Assembly: GCA_963762115.1 (NCBI GenBank)
Contig: CAVXJH010000003.1
Span: forward strand, 96,001 to 160,000
Reading direction: 5' to 3'
DNA: 64,000 nucleotides
From: Candidatus Babeliales bacterium
GTDB lineage: Bacteria > Babelota > Babeliae > Babelales > JANWKD01
The notes under the pieces are model-generated. The model ran no database searches, was not told where the DNA came from, and saw only the letters and a list, made by a program, of their open reading frames with translations. Positions 9,689 to 20,636 of the stretch are shown in pieces; position 1 is the first letter of the stretch; each line of letters starts with the position of its first letter. Both the position numbers and the translations under genes were made by a program.

Positions 9689-11083
9689 ATGAAAAAAAAA
9701 TTAGTTGCGAGTTATATTTCTGGCATTTGTGATCAGGCTCATGGTGAGAGTTGTTGGACAATTTTAACCTATTTTGTACCTGAGTTTATTACTTCTTTGG
9801 TGTTGCTCTTAAGTTTGATTGATTCTCAGTGGATTTCATTATTAAAATCAACTTCTATATATGCAACGGTGGGTACCACTAACACGTTATTGCATGTCAT
9901 CACAAAGCTGGCCGAAGGTTTTTGTGTTGGCACTGTTGTCATGACGGGACATTTTAATGGACTTGAAGATTTCAAGCAGGCGGGGCGAACGCTTGTAGAT
10001 GCTTTTTGGGTAACCGTCGCTTCAGGCTTGGTTATTTCAGGCATTCTTTTTTTTGGGGCGTATTGGATTTTTTATTTATATGGTGTACCGGCAAAAATGA
10101 TTGCTTTGGGTGTACCATATTTACGCTTAAAAGCGGTCAGTATATTTTTTATGTTTATTTATTTTGCGGTGATTGGTTTTTTGCGCGGTATAAAAAAACC
10201 TCGCATCCCTATGCAGATTTTTATGTTTGGGGCTGTTTTATTTCTCTTTTTTGATTATGTATTAATCTTTGGAAAATGGGGTTTTCCTGAAATGCAGTTG
10301 CAAGGTTCTGCGATTGCTTCAGTCATTCAATATGCAGTTATGTTACTAGCATCATTTGTCTATATTTTTTTTGACCGTGAAAATCGTAAATATGGAATCG
10401 AGCTTTTTTCTCCTGTCAAAGATTGGAAACACATTAAAGAATTAATAACGCTTATGTTGCCCGTGATGATTGATAAGGCTACCTTAGCTGCTGCCTATAT
10501 GTGGCTTGGGTATATGATCAATCCAATGGGAAAATATGTGATTGCTAGTTTGACTGCTATAAAAGATTTGGAACGATTTGCGATATTGCCAGCTGCTGCT
10601 TTTGCCAATGTAATTACTTTCTTAGTGAGTAATGCTTATGGTCGGCATGATTGGGAAGGAATAAAAAGTAATATAAAAAAGACCGTTTTTCTTTCTTCGG
10701 TATTTGTTTTTTCAATATTGTTACTTTTTTCATTGTGGCCGGAATATTTTATTTCATTATTTGATCAAAAAAATAAATTTACTGCCTTTTCGGCCCGAAT
10801 TTTTCCGATGTTGAGTATACTTGTGTTTTTTGATTTGTTACAATTGATTCTCTCAGGTGCATTACGTGGTGCAGCAAATGTAAACGCCGTTATGTGGGTG
10901 CGTTTGGCTGTATGCGTATTTTATTTTGCTCCTGTATCGTGGATTTTGGCACATTTGCCACTTGAAAATTTAACCCTGAAATTTTTGTTGGTATATAGCT
11001 CATTTTATATTGGTAATGCTTTAATGAGTCTTATTTATATTCACAGATTCCGTGGTGAACGGTGGCAACGTAAAACTATTTAA
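9689..11083 (+). CDS. MATE family efflux transporter
   Basis: 464 aa, about 12 TM helices; FDYVLIFGKWGFPEMQLQGSAIASVI and GALRGA motifs; RBS AAGGAG. Confidence 0.9.
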   Translation: MKKKLVASYISGICDQAHGESCWTILTYFVPEFITSLVLLLSLIDSQWISLLKSTSIYATVGTTNTLLHVITKLAEGFCVGTVVMTGHFNGLEDFKQAGRTLVDAFWVTVASGLVISGILFFGAYWIFYLYGVPAKMIALGVPYLRLKAVSIFFMFIYFAVIGFLRGIKKPRIPMQIFMFGAVLFLFFDYVLIFGKWGFPEMQLQGSAIASVIQYAVMLLASFVYIFFDRENRKYGIELFSPVKDWKHIKELITLMLPVMIDKATLAAAYMWLGYMINPMGKYVIASLTAIKDLERFAILPAAAFANVITFLVSNAYGRHDWEGIKSNIKKTVFLSSVFVFSILLLFSLWPEYFISLFDQKNKFTAFSARIFPMLSILVFFDLLQLILSGALRGAANVNAVMWVRLAVCVFYFAPVSWILAHLPLENLTLKFLLVYSSFYIGNALMSLIYIHRFRGERWQRKTI

Positions 11084-11110
11084 ATACTACATTGGTGAGG
11101 TACGCTATTC

Positions 11111-11401
11111 ATGCAAAAAATTTCTAAAGAAGAACTTTTAAATTTAGCCCGTTTATCACGCTTGGCATTAGATGAAGGTGAAATAAATTCATTGATGCAG
11201 CAGATTGAAGCGGTGTTAAGCTATGCACAAAGAGTTCAAGAAATTGCACAAACAGGGATATTGCCTAACCAGTTCACAAAAAATGTTAATGTTATGCGTG
11301 AAGATGTTGTTATTCCTACTGATTCGGCACCAATTTTAGAACAAGCTCCTGAAAGCGAACAGCATTATTTTGTTGTACCTGTCATCTTAGAACATAATTA
11401 G
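11111..11401 (+). CDS. gatC: Asp/Glu-tRNA amidotransferase subunit C
   Basis: LARLSRL...NVMRED...APE...YFVVPVIL; directly upstream of gatA. Confidence 0.95.
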   Translation: MQKISKEELLNLARLSRLALDEGEINSLMQQIEAVLSYAQRVQEIAQTGILPNQFTKNVNVMREDVVIPTDSAPILEQAPESEQHYFVVPVILEHN

Positions 11402-11409
11402 GGAATCGA

Positions 11410-12861
11410 TTGCTTATGAATACGCTTGCTTTTGCAACAATCCGTGAATTACAAGAACAATTAACACAAAAAAAAATTTCTCATCCAGAATTATTGGATT
11501 TTTTTATTGACCGTTTTGCTCAATATGATGCAAAAATAGGCTCTTCTTTAGAGATATTTTCAAAAGATTCAATTTTCAAAGAATATATTCCTACAGGAAT
11601 TTTGAATGGTATTCCAGGTTTTATTAAAGATAATATTTGCCAACAAAATCGTATTGCTTCATGCGCATCAAAAATGTTGGAGAATTATAGAGCAACCTAT
11701 GATGCAACGGCAATTGCACGTTTAAAGCATGAAGGTGCTTTGTGTATAGGGCGAGCAAACATGGATGAATTTGCCATGGGTAGCTCAACGGAAACATCAG
11801 CATTTCAAAAAACGAGAAATCCTTGGAATCTTGATCGAGTTCCTGGCGGTTCAAGTGGTGGTTCTATTGCCGCTGTTGCTGCGGGGTTAATTCCGTGGTC
11901 GCTTGGTTCTGAGACAGGTGGGTCTGTCCGTCAACCAGCAGCATTTTGTGGTATTGTTGGTTTAAAGCCAACGTATGGATTAATTTCGCGATATGGCTTA
12001 ATTGCATACGCTTCATCATTTGATCAGATTGGTATTGCAACGCGTACGGTGCATGATAATGCATTAGTGTTAAGTGCAATTGCTGGTGTTGATCCTAAAG
12101 ATTCTACAACGCTTGCCGTTGAGAAAAAAGATTACACAAAATCTTTGCATGCTGGTATTAAGCCTGGTCTTAAAATAGGTATCATTGATAATGCTTTAAA
12201 TGTTGAAGGTGTTGATGGTCAAGTGCACACAGCCATTACCGATGCGATTAAAGAGTTTGAAAAAATGGGTGCTTCTGTGCAGACAGTTTCATTGCCAAGC
12301 ATGGATTATGGTGCAGCAATCTATTTCATTTTAAGCCGCGCTGAAGCTGCTTCTAACTTAGCACGGTTCGATGGTGTGCGTTATGGCTTACGCGATCAAG
12401 AAGCGCATTCGTTGTTGCAACTTTATGAAAAATCACGTCAAGCTGGTTTTGGCAAAGAGGTAAAAGCACGAATTATGATTGGTAATTATGTATTATCAGT
12501 TGGTCATGCGGCAGAATTTTATAATAATGCAAAAATTGCTCAACAGATGATGCGACATGAATTTGATCAGATTTTCAGGCAAGTAGATATTCTTGTTGCG
12601 CCAACAACGCCCACAACAGCATTTAAGTTTGGTGCTTTTGATGATAATAAGTTGCAAATGGATCTTCAAGATTATTTTACGTGTGCTATGAATATTACCG
12701 GTATTCCTGCATTGTCGATTCCTTGTGGTTTTTCAACTGATGCTCTGCCGATTGGTTTTCAGTTGATAGGGCCACATTTAAGTGAAGAATTACTTTTGCA
12801 AACTGCCTATGCTTATGAACAAAAAACGGCATGGCATACAAAACATCCTGCAGGATATTAA
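11410..12861 (+). CDS. gatA: Asp/Glu-tRNA amidotransferase subunit A
   Basis: Amidase signature NMDEFAMGSS, PGGSSGGS, GSETGGSVRQPA; SNLARFDGVRYG. Confidence 0.97.
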   Translation: MLMNTLAFATIRELQEQLTQKKISHPELLDFFIDRFAQYDAKIGSSLEIFSKDSIFKEYIPTGILNGIPGFIKDNICQQNRIASCASKMLENYRATYDATAIARLKHEGALCIGRANMDEFAMGSSTETSAFQKTRNPWNLDRVPGGSSGGSIAAVAAGLIPWSLGSETGGSVRQPAAFCGIVGLKPTYGLISRYGLIAYASSFDQIGIATRTVHDNALVLSAIAGVDPKDSTTLAVEKKDYTKSLHAGIKPGLKIGIIDNALNVEGVDGQVHTAITDAIKEFEKMGASVQTVSLPSMDYGAAIYFILSRAEAASNLARFDGVRYGLRDQEAHSLLQLYEKSRQAGFGKEVKARIMIGNYVLSVGHAAEFYNNAKIAQQMMRHEFDQIFRQVDILVAPTTPTTAFKFGAFDDNKLQMDLQDYFTCAMNITGIPALSIPCGFSTDALPIGFQLIGPHLSEELLLQTAYAYEQKTAWHTKHPAGY

Positions 12862-12911
12862 TTTAAATAGTATAATATATAATAACGTGTATAAAACAGA
12901 TATAAACTTGT

Positions 12912-13586
12912 GTGTTGGGGTTTTTTATGATGCGTAGAATATTATTTTTTATTGCTCTTTTTTGTTTGACGTTTGCTAGTAAAGGTATGCAGGAATCGAA
13001 ATTTTTTTGTAGAGAATTATTGCATCTGGGCCAAAAAACTAAGGTAACAATAGAAAAAAAAGGCACTGTTAAGAGTTTGACCGAAGATGAACATACAAAA
13101 ATTTTCAATTTTTCTCAGCAGCTTTCAATTTCTAATGAGCAGAAAGAGCAATTATATTCTGATATTTATGATTTTATCGGCAACCCACGTATTGAACCAT
13201 CAATAACCTTTTATGATTTTGTTAATTATACTTATAATAATTATATTTTTAAAAGATTTATCATTAAAAAAGGTAAGTTATTTTCCGAAGTAACTGAAGA
13301 ACATTGTCAAGCAATTGCTCGGTGGTTAGCACAAAATAATATAGATCATACTCATAATCGGCAACAAGTTTCAGTGATCAATCAGGGTAGATATTTTTTA
13401 CTGAGTGCAGATGATATTTCACTCTATCAACAAATGGCTGTCACGCCAATTCGTAAAAAAGCTATGAAAAAGAAGAACATTATTGCATGTGTGGCAATTA
13501 AAGAAGATCAATGTGAAGATATTACCGATGAAGGTTTATCGTCAGCAAACTTAAAATTTCATTCTAGGCTAGTAGAAAATAATTAG
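12912..13586 (+). CDS. Exported hypothetical protein
   Basis: Signal peptide ending ASKG-MQ; likely start at ATG 12927 or 12930. Confidence 0.6.
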   Translation: MLGFFMMRRILFFIALFCLTFASKGMQESKFFCRELLHLGQKTKVTIEKKGTVKSLTEDEHTKIFNFSQQLSISNEQKEQLYSDIYDFIGNPRIEPSITFYDFVNYTYNNYIFKRFIIKKGKLFSEVTEEHCQAIARWLAQNNIDHTHNRQQVSVINQGRYFLLSADDISLYQQMAVTPIRKKAMKKKNIIACVAIKEDQCEDITDEGLSSANLKFHSRLVENN

Positions 13587-13692
13587 CAATTTGTTAATTT
13601 ATTTAAATATGTTGCCTTACTCTTTTCTATAAATATATACTGAATGTCTAGGGGAATAGACAAATGACCTTTCGCAAAAGAAAGGTAGGTAT

Positions 13693-14547
13693 ATGTTTTG
13701 GGGACGATATTTAATTTTTTTAATGGTATTTATGATGCCATTATATGGTTATGCGTGCAACAAGTATCACAGAAGCCATTATCAGACGAATACATGTAAA
13801 AAATTTAAACAAAAAAAAAAGAAAGATCGTTTGCCCTATCGTATGGTGAATGGTGTTGCTACTTTGTTGGAAGAAGCAATTCTTTTAAATCGCAATTTAT
13901 TGAGCCTTGATACGGTGAAAGTTTTTACTGCATTCACGCCGTTATATATTGCAACACGCATGGCAGATCATCCTTTGCATGAAAAATTTTATGATGCTCA
14001 CCATCACAAAAACAAAAATCAGATGCCGGATACTTTGGTGAAAGTCGTAAATAAGGGTGGCGATGTTGGTATTATTGGTTTAACGAGTCTTGCATTTCTT
14101 TCATCTGATGAGAGATTACGTTTAACAGCACGAATATTTGGCATTGGTGCTGCATCGGCATTGCTTGCAAAAGATATTGTAAAAAAAATGCGCGTAAAGG
14201 CATGCATTCGGCCCTGGAATGAAAAATTTAGTAATAAAAAACGTGCTTATGGTGGATTTCCCTCAGGACATATGATTGAGGCAACCTATATGCTTACGCT
14301 GTGGGGTTTGCAATATGGTTTGAAAGCAGCCATTCCTTTGGGTTTATTTGCTGGTTTATCATTTGGTGTATTGGTCGGTAGTAATCGCCATTTTATCTCC
14401 CAAGTTATTGCCGGTGCTGGCTTTGGCGTTGCCTATGGCCTTGCAGCTAATTCTTTAATCAATACCAAAATTTCTGAGACTATTACGTTTGATTTTTGTT
14501 ATAACGAACGAAAACTACCAACCATATCACTTGCGTATAGTTTTTGA
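13693..14547 (+). CDS. PAP2-family phosphatase
   Basis: K-x-RP (KKMRVKACIRPW), GFPSGH and SNRHFISQV motifs. Confidence 0.85.
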   Translation: MFWGRYLIFLMVFMMPLYGYACNKYHRSHYQTNTCKKFKQKKKKDRLPYRMVNGVATLLEEAILLNRNLLSLDTVKVFTAFTPLYIATRMADHPLHEKFYDAHHHKNKNQMPDTLVKVVNKGGDVGIIGLTSLAFLSSDERLRLTARIFGIGAASALLAKDIVKKMRVKACIRPWNEKFSNKKRAYGGFPSGHMIEATYMLTLWGLQYGLKAAIPLGLFAGLSFGVLVGSNRHFISQVIAGAGFGVAYGLAANSLINTKISETITFDFCYNERKLPTISLAYSF

Positions 14548-14550
14548 CGG

Positions 14551-15048
14551 TTACCCTACTTCAACGAAAAAGATGAGTAGTTTAATAATTGTTTTGACCA
14601 CAAAAGCTTTAATAATTATTTCCAGTGAATCAAAAAAAAAGCAGGTATGTTTTGGGGCATTAATAATATTTTTGGGGATATATTCAAGAATTTTATTTTT
14701 CAGCCCAGAATTTTTTGTTAAATCGGCATTTTCTGTATAAATTTCACTATGTTTAACATAAATTGCATAGGAACAATATAAAAGCATGGAAAAATCTATG
14801 CCATATTTTGAAAAAAAAGTCATATATTTTTTAAATTTTTTATGCAAAGAAATCGAAGAAGTATTTTGTAGTGGTTGTTGCATATAATAATGCTGTAAAT
14901 AGGGTTTTTCAGCATAAAGTTGTGCAACATGTTGTTCAATGCTTTTATTTTTACTGTGTAGAAATGATGAAGAGTGCCTCGTGGGCGCTCTTTTTTTTGT
15001 TTTGTGTGGCAATGAGCGGCGTACTGATACTGAGTATGAGCACGCCAC
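14551..15048 (-). CDS. Hypothetical protein
   Basis: 165-aa ORF co-oriented with neighbours; start uncertain. Confidence 0.4.
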   Translation of the reverse strand: MACSYSVSVRRSLPHKTKKRAPTRHSSSFLHSKNKSIEQHVAQLYAEKPYLQHYYMQQPLQNTSSISLHKKFKKYMTFFSKYGIDFSMLLYCSYAIYVKHSEIYTENADLTKNSGLKNKILEYIPKNIINAPKHTCFFFDSLEIIIKAFVVKTIIKLLIFFVEVG

Positions 15049-15063
15049 TAAAATAATATTTTT

Positions 15064-16029
15064 TTAAATACATTCGATTGTGTTGGTAGTAACAACACTA
15101 ACATATTCAGGTTGCAGTTGCTGTACTCGTTGTTGTTGAAATCTTGGAATAAATTTGTCATGCATAATGGCGCTGCTATAATCACTCATCCAAGCAAGCA
15201 GAACATCTTTTAAAAACACTAAGCGTTTAATTTTTGTGTGCGCTTGCACAAGTTCAATCTCTTGTTTGGGGAAAATATATCCCAATTTTGTGTAGTTGAG
15301 CCATTCATGTATTCGTATAAATTGATTAAGCTGTGCCAATTCGTGGTCAACCGCATTATTGAATTTAACAATTGGCGTCATTAAATCTGCGCCATGAACA
15401 GGCAGATATTTTGCTTTAATGGCATTAAACAATTCTTCTGCCACTTCTTGATGAGGTACTTCAAGCATGACTTCAACGGGAATATGTTCTTTCCAGCTTG
15501 CCCACGTATTTTTTTTCATAACTTTATATGATGTATTGTATAACTTTATTAAATATGTTGCGTAGAGGGCGACGAGTGCTCCTGCGGTAATGGTATAAGG
15601 ATTAAGTGAGCAAGCAGTGTTTTTGAAGCTTGTGAGCATTTCACCCACAGAAGGAAGTTGCCAGGATGGTTGTGGGGAATTGTTTGTTTCTAATGCAGGT
15701 TGCGTGTTTGGGGTTCTTATTGTTGGCGGTGGTAATGTAGGGGTTGGCACTGATGATTCTTGTAGTAAAGATGGTTGTAGGGGTGTTTGTGGTGTTGCAA
15801 TACTTGGTGTTGTTGGTGCTGGTAGGTAACGAGGTTGTTCTTGCGTTACTAAGCGATATACAATGGGTGGTTGGTGGTTTGCTGTTTCGTGACCATCGAT
15901 TCTATTGCTTGCGCTATTGAAATTATTGCTTGAAACATACACCGTTACATTTTTTCTTTTTGGTGTTGCTTCTTCGCTGTTTGTAGCATCAATTGCTAAT
16001 AATATTGCAATAAGTGTTGTATATTTCAT
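15064..16029 (-). CDS. Exported protein with Pro/Thr-rich linker and central TM helix
   Basis: RBS AAGGA, signal-like N-terminus, PAPTTPSIATPQTP linker, hydrophobic ITAGALVALYATYLI. Confidence 0.7.
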   Translation of the reverse strand: MKYTTLIAILLAIDATNSEEATPKRKNVTVYVSSNNFNSASNRIDGHETANHQPPIVYRLVTQEQPRYLPAPTTPSIATPQTPLQPSLLQESSVPTPTLPPPTIRTPNTQPALETNNSPQPSWQLPSVGEMLTSFKNTACSLNPYTITAGALVALYATYLIKLYNTSYKVMKKNTWASWKEHIPVEVMLEVPHQEVAEELFNAIKAKYLPVHGADLMTPIVKFNNAVDHELAQLNQFIRIHEWLNYTKLGYIFPKQEIELVQAHTKIKRLVFLKDVLLAWMSDYSSAIMHDKFIPRFQQQRVQQLQPEYVSVVTTNTIECI

Positions 16030-16050
16030 AGGCTTCCTTTTTTTTAAGTA

Positions 16051-16680
16051 TTAACCAAATTTTTCTTCTATATATTTTTTAATTCCTTGTTCTTCTGCTT
16101 CGAACACTTTTTTTCTATGGTTTATTATTTCAAGATATCCTACAAGACCCGATAAAACCGGAGTAATAACAATAGATGTTGTTATTGACCAAAAAGCTGC
16201 CTTTATTGCCGTCTGTGCTGCACTATGTTCTTCATCAACAGCTTTTTTTATTGCTGCAATTTTGTCTTTTTGTTCTTTGATTGTTTTTGGCCATTGTTTT
16301 TTTTCACTTTCGCTGAGCTTTGCCACTAAAAATTTCCATTCAGCATCAGTAAACGTTTCCAAAAAATTTTCATATCCTTCACCATCAAATGTTCTAAAAA
16401 ATGCACTTCGATGCTGTTTTGAAAATTTTAGTAATATTTTTTTTTGCTTTGCTTTTGTCAAAGAGATCACGCATTCTTTAAGTTTATCGCCTGAAATTGT
16501 CGAACAACGGATCACTTTCTTTTTTGGCTCTTTGTTTAATTGTATTGAGTTGGTTGCTTCTTGTTTGTTGTCAATATTAAGGTAAATGACCGTTTCAGCA
16601 TCAGGCAGATTAGGTGCAGAAGAGAAAAGTAGTGTAGTGTATAATGAGAAAAAGAGTAAAAGTATTCTATTTTTTGACAC
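16051..16680 (-). CDS. Exported/membrane hypothetical protein
   Basis: GTG start with GAGG RBS, signal peptide, C-terminal TM helix. Confidence 0.65.
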   Translation of the reverse strand: MSKNRILLLFFSLYTTLLFSSAPNLPDAETVIYLNIDNKQEATNSIQLNKEPKKKVIRCSTISGDKLKECVISLTKAKQKKILLKFSKQHRSAFFRTFDGEGYENFLETFTDAEWKFLVAKLSESEKKQWPKTIKEQKDKIAAIKKAVDEEHSAAQTAIKAAFWSITTSIVITPVLSGLVGYLEIINHRKKVFEAEEQGIKKYIEEKFG

Positions 16681-16909
16681 CTTAGCCTCATCTTTTTAAG
16701 GGAAAAACGTATTTTATATTATATACTGCAAAAAAATGAAAAAAAACAACGGTTTCTTATTTTATAGCTAAAAAGTAACTATTTCTTGGGCTTGTGAACC
16801 TCCAGTTGTGTGATCTTGGTATTTATGGTAAAATAAAGATATTTATTTATGGTTATTTAATCTAATTTGAAAAAAATTATTAGTTGGTTATGAAAGAAGG
16901 AAATACAGA

Positions 16910-19501
16910 ATGAATGAGCAAAAAAAGAATACATTAGGCACAAAATGGATCACTATAGTCGGTGCGCGTGAGCATAATTTAAAAAATGTCAGTGTGTCAA
17001 TACCTAAGGACGCCTTTACGGTAATTACCGGTCCTTCAGGTTCGGGTAAAAGTACTCTTGCCTTAGATATTTTATACACTGAGGGCAAAAGGCGGTATAT
17101 GGAGTCACTTTCATCTTATGCCCGTCAGTTTTTAGGAATTGCCAAGAAGCCTGATTTTGATCGCATTGAAGGGTTATGCCCATCAATTGCTATTGAGCAA
17201 AAAACGGTAGGTAATAATCCTCGTTCAACCGTTGGTACTATTACAGAGATTTATGATTATTTACGCGTATTATTTGCGCGTATTGGAAAAGCACATTGCC
17301 CAAAATGTTCTGTTGTTATTGCTGCGGAATCTCCTGAAAATATCACACGCATGGTCTTGAAAAATTTTGACCAACAAACGGTGACAATAGCTGCTCCTGT
17401 AGTGATTGCTAAAAAGGGTGAATTTATCCAACAGCTACAAGAATTATTTACGCAAGGTTATTACCGTTTCAACATTGATGGTAAGAAGTATCGTTTTACC
17501 AATGTTGAAGAAATAATGGGATTAAAATTAGGAAAAACATATAAGCACTCAATTGATCTGTTATTAGATGTTCTTGAAGTTTCATCGCAAGAACGCTCGC
17601 GGTTGCAAGAATCAGTTGAGCGTTCATTTTCATTGGCGCAAGGATTTTGTAAAATCATTGTCGGTGAAACTGAACATGTTTATTCTTCAAGTCGTATTTG
17701 TTTGCAGTGTGCCACCTCATTTCCTGAGTTAGAACCGCGACTTTTTTCTTTTAATTCTCCCATTGGCGCTTGTAAGAATTGTCATGGTCTTGGCATATTA
17801 AACGTTATTCCTTGGGCTCGAGACGGAGCACAAGAGTGGAAAGAAGGCTACGATTATTTTTTCTCAGCGGCTTCACAAAATTCGATCTGTACTTTTTGCG
17901 ATGGAAAACGTTTGAATCCTTATGCGCTTGCTGTTGAGATTAATGGTAAAAATATTCAAGATATTGCAAATCTTTCAATTACCCAATCACTTGCATTTTT
18001 TAGTAGTATAAAACTTGATGAAACAGAAAAAATGATTGCGGAAACAGTTCTTAAAGAAATTCATAACAGGCTTATGTTTTTAGACAATGTTGGCCTTTCG
18101 TATTTGTCTCTCAATAGAACCGCGCGCACGCTATCCGGCGGTGAGGGTCAACGCATTCGGCTTGCGACTCAAATTGGTTCAGCATTAACGGGCGTTTTAT
18201 ATATTCTTGATGAGCCAAGTATTGGTTTACATCAACGAGATAATGATCGCTTACTTGAAACACTCAAGAAATTACGTGATCAAGGAAACACGGTTGTGGT
18301 GGTGGAACATGATCTTGATACCATTGCACATGCTGATTATTTGATTGATATGGGTCCTGCAGCAGGTATTTTGGGGGGACAAGTTACGGCATTTGGGAAC
18401 CCTGATGAAGTTGCGCAAAATCCGGCTTCATTGACCGGTGCTTATTTAGCAGGTAAACGCACTATTGCTTTTCCTGAGGCTATTCGAACGCCGCAAGGGT
18501 ATTTAACATTACAGCATGCACAAAAAAATAATTTAAAAGATCTTTCAGTCTCAATTCCACTAGGCGTTTTATGTTGCGTTTCAGGGGTATCTGGTTCTGG
18601 TAAAAGTACCTTGGTTCTTGATGAATTAGTGCCAGCGGTTGAAAGAGCGTTATCAAGCAGAGGCAGATCAAAGCAAATTTTACAAGCTGACGATAACTTA
18701 ACCGGTGCAGAGGTGTTGGAATCATTGGTGGTGATTGATCAATCACCAATCGGCAAAACGCCACGATCAAATCCAGCAACGTATTTAGGCATTTTTGATG
18801 AAATTCGAGCTCTCTTTGCAGCGCTTCCTGAAAGTAATGCTCGTGGTTATAAAGTTGGCAGATTTAGTTTTAATGTTGAAGATGGTCGTTGTTTTGAATG
18901 TCGTGGTGATGGAACCATTACCGTATCAATGCAGTTTTTAGCTGATGTTATTATGGTTTGCAAGGTTTGTGGTGGGAAACGGTATAATAAAGAGACTTTG
19001 GATATACGTTATAAGAACAAGACTATTGCGGACATATTGAGCTTGTCAGCGCGAGAAGCCGTTGAGTTTTTTGCGGCCCATAAATCAGTTGCAAAACGAT
19101 TACAACTTCTTTGTGATGTCGGGCTTGATTATTTGACGTTGGGCCAACCTTCAACAACGTTGTCAGGTGGTGAAGCGCAGCGTATTAAGCTCGTGAATGA
19201 ACTTGCAAAACGTGGTAATCGAACGCTTTATATTCTCGATGAACCAACAACGGGTTTGCATAACAGTGATATTGATAAGTTAATTACGGTACTTAATAAT
19301 TTGGTTGCTAAGGGCAATTCGATGGTGGTTATTGAGCACAATCTTGATGTGCTCAAGATTGCGGATCATTTGATTGATTTAGGCCCTGAAGGTGGCGATG
19401 CTGGCGGTATGATTGTTGCGCAAGGAACGCCGCAAGAAGTTGCCAAGGTTGAAAAAAGTCATACCGGAAGATATTTAAAAGAGTTATTTAAAAATTTTTA
19501 A
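16910..19501 (+). CDS. uvrA: Excinuclease ABC subunit A
   Basis: GAREHNLKN, two Walker A motifs ([16 protein letters not shown]), LSGGE signatures, zinc fingers. Confidence 0.98.
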   Translation: MNEQKKNTLGTKWITIVGAREHNLKNVSVSIPKDAFTVITGPSGSGKSTLALDILYTEGKRRYMESLSSYARQFLGIAKKPDFDRIEGLCPSIAIEQKTVGNNPRSTVGTITEIYDYLRVLFARIGKAHCPKCSVVIAAESPENITRMVLKNFDQQTVTIAAPVVIAKKGEFIQQLQELFTQGYYRFNIDGKKYRFTNVEEIMGLKLGKTYKHSIDLLLDVLEVSSQERSRLQESVERSFSLAQGFCKIIVGETEHVYSSSRICLQCATSFPELEPRLFSFNSPIGACKNCHGLGILNVIPWARDGAQEWKEGYDYFFSAASQNSICTFCDGKRLNPYALAVEINGKNIQDIANLSITQSLAFFSSIKLDETEKMIAETVLKEIHNRLMFLDNVGLSYLSLNRTARTLSGGEGQRIRLATQIGSALTGVLYILDEPSIGLHQRDNDRLLETLKKLRDQGNTVVVVEHDLDTIAHADYLIDMGPAAGILGGQVTAFGNPDEVAQNPASLTGAYLAGKRTIAFPEAIRTPQGYLTLQHAQKNNLKDLSVSIPLGVLCCVSGVSGSGKSTLVLDELVPAVERALSSRGRSKQILQADDNLTGAEVLESLVVIDQSPIGKTPRSNPATYLGIFDEIRALFAALPESNARGYKVGRFSFNVEDGRCFECRGDGTITVSMQFLADVIMVCKVCGGKRYNKETLDIRYKNKTIADILSLSAREAVEFFAAHKSVAKRLQLLCDVGLDYLTLGQPSTTLSGGEAQRIKLVNELAKRGNRTLYILDEPTTGLHNSDIDKLITVLNNLVAKGNSMVVIEHNLDVLKIADHLIDLGPEGGDAGGMIVAQGTPQEVAKVEKSHTGRYLKELFKNF

Positions 19502-19934
19502 AAGATTTATCTTTTCTGCGATTTGCTTTTTTAACTGTTATTCTCCAAACTTTTTCCAGATTGTTTTTCTTTTTTTGTTTTTTGAACCTGTTTGATTGCG
19601 TTTGTACATGTATGGTTGGTGCTTGTTTTTTTGTTGGACTAAACCAAAAATTATAAACAAATTTGCTAACACAATAACCTATTGTTGTAGCTGCAAGAAA
19701 AGCTAGAGTTGCTTCAGTTTCAGGATCAGTATGATGTTTATCTTTAGCAATGTGTTGCATGTCTTGATAAGCGCTGCATGCAAGGGTTAATGTCCCGCCA
19801 GTACTTAAGCCAATAAAAAGATATTTTAAAAAAGAATTGCTTATAATGGACTTGTTTTCAGTTTCCATTGAATAGGATTGAGATACAAAAAAAACAAGAA
19901 AAAAAAGATTGGTAAAAAAAGGAATGTTTTTCAT
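19488..19934 (-). CDS. Exported two-TM protein with basic tail (paralog of 20020..20520)
   Basis: Likely start MKNIPFF; signal peptide ending SYS-ME; HHTDPE motif. Confidence 0.65.
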   Translation of the reverse strand: MKNIPFFTNLFFLVFFVSQSYSMETENKSIISNSFLKYLFIGLSTGGTLTLACSAYQDMQHIAKDKHHTDPETEATLAFLAATTIGYCVSKFVYNFWFSPTKKQAPTIHVQTQSNRFKKQKKKNNLEKVWRITVKKANRRKDKSFKNF

Positions 19935-20019
19935 TTTGAATACCTTAGGTTGTCCTTTTTCAACTATTAATGGTAAATATGTTTGATATTTTTGTCTAGA
20001 GAGCATTTTGTAAATTAAT

Positions 20020-20520
20020 TTAATTTCTAGCTTGTTTTCTATAAGGCACTTTTCCCTTTATCTTTTTTTGTTTTACCCAGCCTATATTTTTTTTATGCCG
20101 TATTTTTTTTTGGCGATTCGAATTATTTTGTGTTGCTGGTTGCGTTTTTGTATTAAAAAGCAAATTATAGCAAAAATGGCTTATGCAGCCGCCTGTTAAT
20201 GATGTTGCTAAAAATATGGCCGCTCCTTTTGATTCAGGATCATTATGATGTCTGCTTTCTGCATCCTCAATTGTTGATAAGGCAGAAGTATAAGCTACAT
20301 AGCCAATGCTCAAGATGCAGCTGCCAATATATAACGATTTTAATAATAAATTTTGTGAACAAGTAACAGGAGTTGAACTGCTTTGAGTAATTTGTCTTTG
20401 ATGAGGATCCATCGACCATGAAGATATGAAGATAAGATTACTAAATGAGAGAATTATTGATAGTAACATTGTTTTTTTATATGCATATTTGAATATCTTA
20501 TTTTGCGTGATCAAAACCAA
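20020..20520 (-). CDS. Exported two-TM protein with basic tail (paralog of 19488..19934)
   Basis: Signal peptide ending SWS-MD; HHNDPE motif; Lys-rich tail. Confidence 0.65.
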   Translation of the reverse strand: MVLITQNKIFKYAYKKTMLLSIILSFSNLIFISSWSMDPHQRQITQSSSTPVTCSQNLLLKSLYIGSCILSIGYVAYTSALSTIEDAESRHHNDPESKGAAIFLATSLTGGCISHFCYNLLFNTKTQPATQNNSNRQKKIRHKKNIGWVKQKKIKGKVPYRKQARN

Positions 20521-20636
20521 GCTCCTTTACATTTTTTGAATATATTTTATTATCAATTAATAAAAACAATTGATATATTTTTAACGTTACAGCTTTATTA
20601 GAATACAATCGATCTTATTTTGAGTGAAGGTTATTC

